From contig OX337232.1 in assembly GCA_946965045.2 (NCBI GenBank), positions 2,418,001-2,482,000 on the forward strand: a stretch of 64,000 bases of DNA. The letters run 5' to 3'. Positions 56,378 to 64,000 of the stretch are shown piece by piece. The notes beneath the pieces are model-generated. The model was not told where the DNA came from, ran no database searches, and saw only the letters and a list, made by a program, of their open reading frames with translations. Source of the DNA: Epithemia pelagica. Its lineage: Eukaryota > Protista > Bacillariophyta. The position numbers were made by a program, and so were the translations under genes. How positions within the stretch are numbered: the first letter of the stretch is position 1; each line of letters opens with the position of its first letter.

Positions 56378-57132
56378 TATCGAACTCCACCATCTCCTCT
56401 AACCGCTAAACAGCTCCGCCATCCGCTATTTAGGGCCCCGAATAGCGGGGAAAATAGCGGATAGCGGAGCAAAATATAACCGTCGGCATAAATAAATTAA
56501 CGTCTGCTGCCGACAGTGAAACTTTGAATCTCTCGTGTCGAAAACATGGCAATGGCACGTATTGATTGTGACGATCGCTTACCATCTCTTTTTCCATTGT
56601 TGTGTTCCCTACTTCCTACAATGGGACAAGAACCATGCACAGCAAGATGATTCGAGGATCACGGATCGGAAGGAATGCAACAATCAAACAAATGCATCAT
56701 TCAAACTATTGATGAGTTCGATTATCAATTATCAGACAATCAGTCGGAAATCGGACAGGGAATAGGAAGATTGGACTGCAACCTACAACCTACAACCTAC
56801 ATCTACATTGGCCATGAACAACAACATGATTCACCATGACAGTCAACAATGAAGAGGGAGAACAACGGGTCCTCCATCTTTGGTTTATGCTTTGTGCTCT
56901 CGTTGATTGTCTTGTTTGAATTCCGCAACTTCCGCGGTCGCACCCCTTTTTAACCGAAACAAGAGAGGGCATATGCGCAATGCGTACGCGCAACGCGAGA
57001 TAGCGGCGTTCTTTTAACGGAGATCGTGGAGTTTATTTCCCTTTGGCTCCGCTAATCCGCTATCCGGATAGCGAGGCCAATCAGAAAGCCCCAATACGTC
57101 AGCATAGCGGCGCTCGGGTGGAGATAGCCTTA

Positions 57133-60100
57133 GAGTAGGATGTTAATCTAGCTACTATGCCCCGCTAAGCCGGGGCAGAAAGGGGGGGAGTGGGTATCGC
57201 TGGGGTTTGCGATAGCCAGTAGGGCGTGTAGGGGGGGGAATGTAGGATGGGCGTAGGGGGAGAAATGTCGCAAAGAGGGAGTTGCGGAATCGAAGTTGTC
57301 GTTTCTGTAAAGATACAGAATCATGAATTGCAAGTTGATGTGTGAGATGGGTGGAGAGGGCGGTGGCGATGGCATGGCCGAGAGCGATTCTGGTGAAGGA
57401 GGAAAGGGAGAGATGAGAAGATGGTGGAGCGGAGGGGGTTTTGGATTGGGAGTGCAAGGGCTCAAATGAGGATGGGATCGTCAAGAGGTTTTTGGGTGCG
57501 TCGGCAAGGTTGGAGAAGAGTTCAAAGGGAGCGGGTTTGGATGTGGCCGAGGCCGAATTTGTCATCGTGCCAGGGGGGAGGGAGGTTGGGGCCGAGGAGG
57601 AAGTGGCTGGTGGTTGTGGGATTGGGGAAGAGGAGATTGTGTGCAAATGAGCCAAGGCCGCCTAGGTGGTCGACGGTAAAGGGAAGGAGGAGGATGTTTT
57701 GTTCGTTGCACAGGGAGGCTGTGTATTGGTCCTTGGTGAACTTGTGGCGTGCGGCGTCGTGGTGTGCCCTGCTTGCCAATTCGGCTAGTTGAGGAAGATC
57801 GGGCAGATCAGACGACGTCGGCGTGGGGGACGAGGAGGGGATTGTGACGTCTATGGCCATGTATTGAAAATGTTGTTTGTTCTCTGTGGCGATGAGTTTG
57901 ATGCCGACATCGGCAGGACGGATGTTGGTGGGGTGGGCGGGAAGAAGGCCGAGTGGTTCGATGTGTACATCATCTGGGGTACGTATGTGTCGTGAGTGAA
58001 TTGCAAGCTCTTAAAGTATATTGTAAAGAGCGTCTCTGATAATGTTGGATGCGTGTGTTTTGGGTGCTTTGCGGCAGGTGAAGAGGTGATCTCCGTATGG
58101 ATCAAGAGCGGTTGGGGCGGATGGTGGTTGACAGAGGCAGGTTGTGGTGGTTGTGGAGGGGGAGATGGGGAGTCTGAGTTTCCTGGTGATGGTGAGCTTA
58201 TAGAGATGGTCGGGAAGATGGAAAGGGAGAAAGCGGCAGGGTTGGTGGAGTGCTGAGCTGATGAGTGGTGAAAGGGCTGATGGGAGTGTTGGTTGGAGGT
58301 GAGGCAGTGTTGCAACAATCAACTGCGAGATGGTGGTGCGAGTGATTGTTTGATTGGTGAGTTGGTGTTGTATGTTGGGGGGAAGGTGCAGGACGAGGGA
58401 GTGGAGGGAATCTGTGGCGGTTGGGGTGATGTCAAAGAGTGCGAGGGCGTGGGCAAAGGTTTGGAAGAGTGGAATGGGGCTGTTGGGCCAGTCATGAATC
58501 AAGTTGGCGTGGTAGGCGGAAAGGAAGTTGGTGTCGGATGCAAGGCGGAGTGAGCGTGTCATCGTTCCAATGAGGGAAGGAAAGGCAATGGCGTGGGCAT
58601 TGGGGATGCCTAATCCGCCATGTCTTTCTGGGAGGGTGGCAATTTGGCGGGCATAGTTGGGGAGCGGGTTATGGTGTTGGGTTATCCGTTGGAGAAAGGT
58701 GTCCTCGTGGATGGAGTCGAGGTGGGTGGTGATTGGGGAGGACCAGTCAGAGGAGGTGGCCGAGTTAGGGGCTTGGGTGAGGATATCCGCCCAGAGCAGA
58801 TGTGATATAGCTGTTGCAAGGGAGTACCGATACATTATGGTTTTGGTTTGGTCGTGTGGGATGAGCATGACCTTGTCAAGGTTAGTGGAGATGGTGTGAA
58901 GGCGGTTTGTGATGAATGGTTGTGTGAAGTCGACGTTGCCGATGGAGTGGCCTAGGAATCTGGTGCCGTCGGTGATTTCCGCTGTGGTTGGTTGTTGAGG
59001 GTTGAGGAAGAGGAGCGCTTTGTTGAGGTCGTCTTGGTTGTCTGGGGAGAGTTGTGGTGGTTGTCCGGTGAGTGAAGTGAGAATTTTGGTTTTGGTGAGA
59101 CTGAGGTGTATGCCTAACGGAGCGCCACGTGATTGAAGTTCAGAGAGGAACCAATGGAGGTCGTCATAACAGAGGCAAATGGATGTATCATCCATGACTA
59201 AGGTGGTGTGGGCGACAGCACCTGAGTTGTCGTCCATGGGTTGGTGGTTGGCAAGGCGGAGGGAGGCGCGTTGTTGGAGTTCGGTGTTGAGGGAGTCAGT
59301 GATGGAACCAAGGATGAGACAGGCAAGCAAGGGGCTGAGAGGGCATCCTTGTGGGAAGCCCTCTTGTTGGAGAAAGGAGCAAGGTTGATTGTTGGCGTTG
59401 TAATACCAGAGGGAGATCGAAAAGGGGGAGAAGGGGAAGGGTGGCGGGACGTTGTTGTATGATGATGCGACAAGCATGGCGGGAAACAGCGCTGAACATA
59501 TTTGTTAAGTCAAGTAGTAGCAGTGCTCTGGTTGGAATGTTTGGGGTGGCAATGAATTGGCTGACTTGGGAGATGGTGGTCTGGACGGCAAGGTCGATTC
59601 CAACGGGTGTCTGAATGCCAAATTGACCGAGGAAGGGTAGGAATCGGGCAAGATTAGGGGCTGTTAAGTAGAGGGCGGCGGTGGCTGTGACTCGGCGGAG
59701 GGCAGTTCCAATGCCAATGGGACGTAATTTGGTAAGGTTGCTTTGGTCCTTATGGAGTGCCAAGAAATAGTTGGCTGTGAGATGTGGTTGGATGGAGGCA
59801 GGAACTTGTCCTTGGAGCAAAAGGTTGAGTAATTGTGTTAGTGGTTTGAGGTACGGGCGTGGTGATTTGGTGTTGCTAGTGGATTGATGGAGTCCGTAGG
59901 CGGCGATGCTGTCAATGGTGGAGGCAAAAGGGCCCGGAGCGGTGCCACGTTTGAGTTTGTGAAGAACAGCAGCGGTTTGATTGTGGTCTAAAAGAAGTGG
60001 TGGGGCGGTGAGAGGATGGCGTTGGGAGCGGCGTGGTTGGTCCGATGGAGTTGGGATGGGCGGTGGGGGAGGGATGCGGTCGGGAAAGAGTTTTTGTTGG

Positions 60101-62190
60101 ACTCGTTGGATGACAGGGTCGGTGAGAGTGGCAACGGGGAGAGTGGCAGTGAGACAAGTATAGGCCGTGTGAAAGTTGTCGAGTTCGGCTGCCAAAGAGG
60201 CACGAAGTATGGTTTTGTTATCAGTGGAGGTGGCTTTGTTGTCAGTGGGGTGGGGTGGAGTGGATGTTGGTGTTGGAGGTGCTGGCGTTGTGGGGGAGGT
60301 CCAGGTGTTGTTGATGAGTTCAATAATGTTGCCTCGTTTAAAATTGGTGATGCGGGCACGGAGTGCTTGATGGGGCGAGGAGAATTCGGTTTTAGAGAAG
60401 GGTGCTAGTAGTAGGGGTTCGAGAATCAAGAGGAGTTTCCAAAAGGGCGTTGAGTCTTCGTCGTTGGGGCCATTGTCGTTGTTGGGGGAGAGGATAGATG
60501 GAGTGGCGGTGTTGCTGCGAGCGTCCATTCGACGACCATGTTGTAAACGGCTATAAATTCTGATTTGGCTTGGGGAGAAAGGCAATGCCAAAGGGTGGAT
60601 CGTGTTGGAGGGGGTGTGGGCTGCCATTGTTGGAGGAAATCTAAGGAGTGGGACCAGGCGGTTATGTATTCACATGGAAGACTACGTAATTTGTTTTTAA
60701 CTAGTTGAAGGTTGTTGTGGCGACGTTTGTGTAGTTTGTTGATATGCAATTGAAGGTGTGTACTAGAATCAAAGTAGATATGTTTGGGATCGTGGCAATG
60801 TGGATGGAGGTGTACTTCGTTGCAATATGTAGAGGAGAGGTAGGTGTTGGTGTCTGTTGTAGGATGGGCGTGTTGCAAATGTTCTCGTAGGTGTCGGCGG
60901 GGATGGTTGGGCAATGGGTGGGACAGGGACCAGGAACAATCAGGAACAGGGCATGCATGGGGGAAGGATCGCGGGCAAGCCATGGTTCTCTCTAAGTCGA
61001 GGAGCCCCCGGGGGGCTTTCGATTGTCGAGAGGTTCATCCGCGTCCATCCGAGTGACTCCGTTGAGGAGATCACGAACGAATTGCCAAGTCGTGTCCAAG
61101 TCCGATTCCCGAAAAGTTTGGATGGTTGCAAGGTGTTGGATCAGCGCTTCCGTTTTCGTGGCGTCTTTGGCGTAGACGTGTGCTACGAAATTGAGAATTT
61201 CTTCCATGGTGGCTGGTGATCGGGTGGCAGAGGTAATGTTGTGGCGTTGTAGGAGCTGGGCAACATCGCCGGGAGTGTTGGCTAGATTGTGGTGGAAGTC
61301 TGATTCTTCCATAGTGTCACTGCCTGAGCTATGGTGGCTGATGTTGTCGAGGGAAGCAAAACGGTTGGTCGTAGGTGTTGGTACCGTTGGGGTGGTTGTG
61401 GTTGTTTGCAATGTTGGACGACGGGGTGGTGTGGTGGTGGTCCATTCTGTTGTTGTGGTGGCTGGGGTCATTCGTTTCTTTTGTGGAGGAGGATGTTCTG
61501 GGGAGACGACGGGCGTCGTGGCTGTTTGGGGGGTTGTGTTTGTTGTGGTGGTCGATGTACGGGTAATACGGGCAGCAAGGCGTTAGAGTCGTTGGGTGTG
61601 GCTACGGTAGTTGTTGTTTGGGTTGCGAATGATGGAAGGAGGGGGACGGGGTGTTGGTGCAACTGCTGCTGTTGTTGGAAGGAGCAAGGCTGTGGGGAAG
61701 CCAGGATAGAACTGTAACTGTTGTGCGTCGAGTGTAAAGGTGTCGGGGGCACTGCGAAGGAAAAGGTTGAATCCGGTGGGTTCCGCGTAGTGGGCGTTGA
61801 AGGTCGGAAAGATGCCTTCAAACACAGGGAGGGCGCACAATTGTGCCCAATGTTTGGCCGCTGGAGTTGGCATGGCAGCTGGGAAATGAACCACGGTGCA
61901 TTTGGTTTGGTAATGGAAATCGATGGTCTTGATACTCGTGATGCATTTGGTGCATTCGTCGTCGTTATCCTTTGGGGGGAAGGGATGGATTTGGTAGAAC
62001 GTTCCGTACCATTGGAAGTCCTGTTCGTTATCAGGGATTGCCGTTGTGAACCTTGTTACCAAGTTAAGGAAGGATTGGAAGATGGTGGTGGAGGACGCAG
62101 CAATTTGGATTACTGGAACGGTCGCTTGAGTGCCATCGACAGTCATGGTGCCGTCGCGAAAGCCGATGTTGTCTTTAAAGACGTAGAAGT

Positions 62191-62239
<49 letters not shown>

Positions 62240-62830
62240 GGGGGGGGGGGGGCAAGTCTAGTAGATGAAGTAGGCCGCGTCTGTTTTTGATGGCTAGGGC
62301 TGGAATTCCTCCAACTACTCCCATGGCCCTGGCATTGGGGTTGTTGCATGCTGGAATGTAAAGCACTAGTTGGTGTGCTCGTGGGTCAGTTGTAGGACTT
62401 TGGTGGTTGGTGTTGGAGGCGGATGTTGGTTTTGGGCGGAGGACGATTTGGTCTCCGTGGGCGTCCTCGACAAAGTCGTCGCTGTGATGTTGGTGCCAGC
62501 GCTGCAAGACAAAGCGGATGGCTTGGTCTTGGAAGAGCTCGATGTCAAATTATTCATTGGTTAGCGCAGGTTTGAGCGCGAGATGGTAGATACTGCGAAA
62601 ATGGCCGGTCCTGTTGGCTGGCTTTTTCGTTTCGATGAATTCAATGCGATGGATGGCTATGGCGAGGGGATTCTCGCCTTGTCGATGCTGGTGATGTTGA
62701 AGCGTTGCTTCCAACATGTCTTTCAAGAGCTTGCCGGTGACAGGGGCATGACGATGTTCCTCGTTCTTGGACTCGTGGTGGAAATACTACTATAGCTCCT
62801 CGGAATGGAAGTAGGATTTTCGTCTAATAT
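57133..62830 (-). mobile_element. Decayed non-LTR retrotransposon with restriction-like endonuclease (CRE-like clade); 5' boundary uncertain
   Basis: Fragments in order: ORF1 pieces (62830-60992), C2H2 fingers (60983-60700), RT (LKRGTAPGP, LRPIGIG, LLDLTNMF, GFPQGCPLSP, VMDD, RFLG), CCHC (CLC...GDHLFTC), RLE (E...RPADV...AIDVTI). Frameshifts near 60490 and 59410; premature TAA at 58011-58013. Confidence 0.88.
62193..62252. repeat. (GA)n microsatellite plus G14 run inside the non-LTR ORF1
   Basis: Direct reading; the flanks translate as ...LLHLLDL and FYVFKDNIGFRDGTMTVDG. Confidence 0.95.
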
Positions 62831-62959
62831 AGCCTTATATTGCCCACGACGGCCGCGCTCTCATACGCGAGCAAGTGCGGAGCAAAAAAGGGTAGTGCGG
62901 AGCAAAAAAAACAGTCCTGGGAAAATTGTGTGACACTTAATTAGGGGGGGACTCGGAGG

Positions 62960-63374
62960 TTATAGAAGCAAGCGACATCCCCTCCTGGTCGTGGGGGCAC
63001 TTGTCGGGGCTATTGACTCCTCGGCGGGCAATAGCTCCTCGTCGTGGACCGCCAAATTCGCTGACGCGGATTTAGAAGGCGGTCCACTTCTCGGAGCTAT
63101 TGCCCTTCTCGAAGTCAATAGCCCCTCCTCGTGCCTCCCCACTCCGCGGAGCCGATGTAGATATACGCATGCACATGGAACGGCGGGTTCGGGGTCGTGC
63201 TTCTGTGGCATATAGGAGTAGGGGTTGACTGGTGCCGGTGGCGGTGATTCCGGTTGTCGCTGCGTTGGGGCTGTTGGCTGCGTTGGTGGAATCGTTGGGG
63301 GTGTTGTGTCGTCGGTCTTGCTGTCTTGGGGTCGTTTTTTAGCCGAACGACGTTTCGAACTGCTGCGAGGCATG
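62960..63374 (-). CDS. Hypothetical Pro/Thr-rich ORF, possibly the 5' part of a retroelement ORF1
   Basis: MPRSSSKRRSAKKRPQD...; same C/A-rich coding-strand skew as the adjacent retroelement. Confidence 0.3.
62975..63158 (-). ncRNA. Candidate structured RNA element (long rod with symmetric purine-rich internal loops)
   Basis: Stems of 12, 13, 10 and 8 bp plus outer stems, separated by 5x5 and 8x8 loops; details in findings. Function and transcription unknown. Confidence 0.5.
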
Positions 63375-64000
63375 GTGTGTTTGTTGGTTATAGCGTCAGG
63401 AGAGGTGGACAATTTGGACTGGATTGTTTTTTGTGGGCAGAAAAACAAAGGAAAAACTGGTTGATTGTTGGTCGAAAGATGAATGGGAGGGTTGATGTCA
63501 GAGGGTTCGGTTCGGGTTGAATAGTGTGGAGGAAGCGAAGAGTGGGGAATGGGCTCCCCATTGCGTGCGTCGTTGCGCGGTGGTATCGTGGCCGTGCTGA
63601 TTCGGCCGAAAGGCCACGGTGGCGCTGCCCTGAAACTTGGCACAGGGGAAGCCATGGTGGCGACAAGGGCAAATGGACAGGTGGAAGGTGTGTAAAGGCC
63701 GGTGGTTCGTAGATAGTATCCTTATGGTCAATTGAACGGGTTCTTGTTTTTTTTTCGGTTCGGCACTTTTTGCTAGCTGGAAGATTCATGGGGTTAGGGT
63801 TAGGAAAAGGGTGAGTATACTCGTAAGAGTGTTGTATGAAGTATTGGTCATTATTGCCCTTTTCCCCAGGTTGAAGAAAACTTGTCTGATAACCTGTTGG
63901 GAGAATTATTCGCTTGTGTCATTTCGAATTTTACGAGTGCGCGGTAGAGAAAGATATTTTTTTTCTGCAAGACAATGGTGACATTATGGTATCCACAGAA

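Larger units (their letters stand above)
46031..57129. mobile_element. PIF/Harbinger-type non-autonomous DNA transposon (~793 bp of its own sequence: 46031-46070 plus 56378-57129), interrupted by the YR retrotransposon
   Basis: 14-bp TIR GGCTATCTCCACCC at 46031 with its reverse complement ending at 57129; TTA at 46028-46030 and 57130-57132; clustered CCGCTA/TAGCGG subterminal motifs at both ends. Confidence 0.88.

Noticed and set aside
1-64000. tRNA, rRNA, snRNA or snoRNA genes
   Set aside because: None recognised by eye; tRNAscan-SE and Infernal would be needed to exclude them.

Overview
Eukaryotic nuclear DNA, most likely a diatom: short GT-AG introns, bipartite plastid presequences, and diatom-type PDE, GPCR and alpha-kinase families. 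Bases 1-46,000 are a compact gene-rich block: cytosolic AspRS with a WHEP-like extension, an NAD(P)-binding plastid protein, an RluA pseudouridine synthase, Mg-chelatase ChlH, polyprenol reductase, two head-to-head split phosphodiesterases, a FEX fluoride exporter, a TPR-TylF methyltransferase, a dual-specificity phosphatase, a vWA/alpha-kinase with a frameshift, IMP4 and a 7TM receptor. From 46,031 onward is a nest of mobile elements. An apparently intact ~10.3 kb tyrosine-recombinase (YR) retrotransposon with split direct repeats (A1-ORFs-B1-A2-B2, Ngaro/PAT architecture) is inserted in a ~0.8 kb PIF/Harbinger-type non-autonomous element (14-bp TIRs, TTA duplication). That element abuts, and probably interrupts, the 3' tail of a decayed CRE-like non-LTR retrotransposon. 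The YR element has unusual features: gag and pol are in frame and separated only by a UGA-CUA readthrough-type stop, the recombinase ORF has no usable AUG, and two extra antisense ORFs overlap by AUGA. A ~184-nt rod-like fold with repeated tandem-GA internal loops lies at 62,975-63,158. All calls were made by eye from sequence motifs; no searches or folding programs were run.
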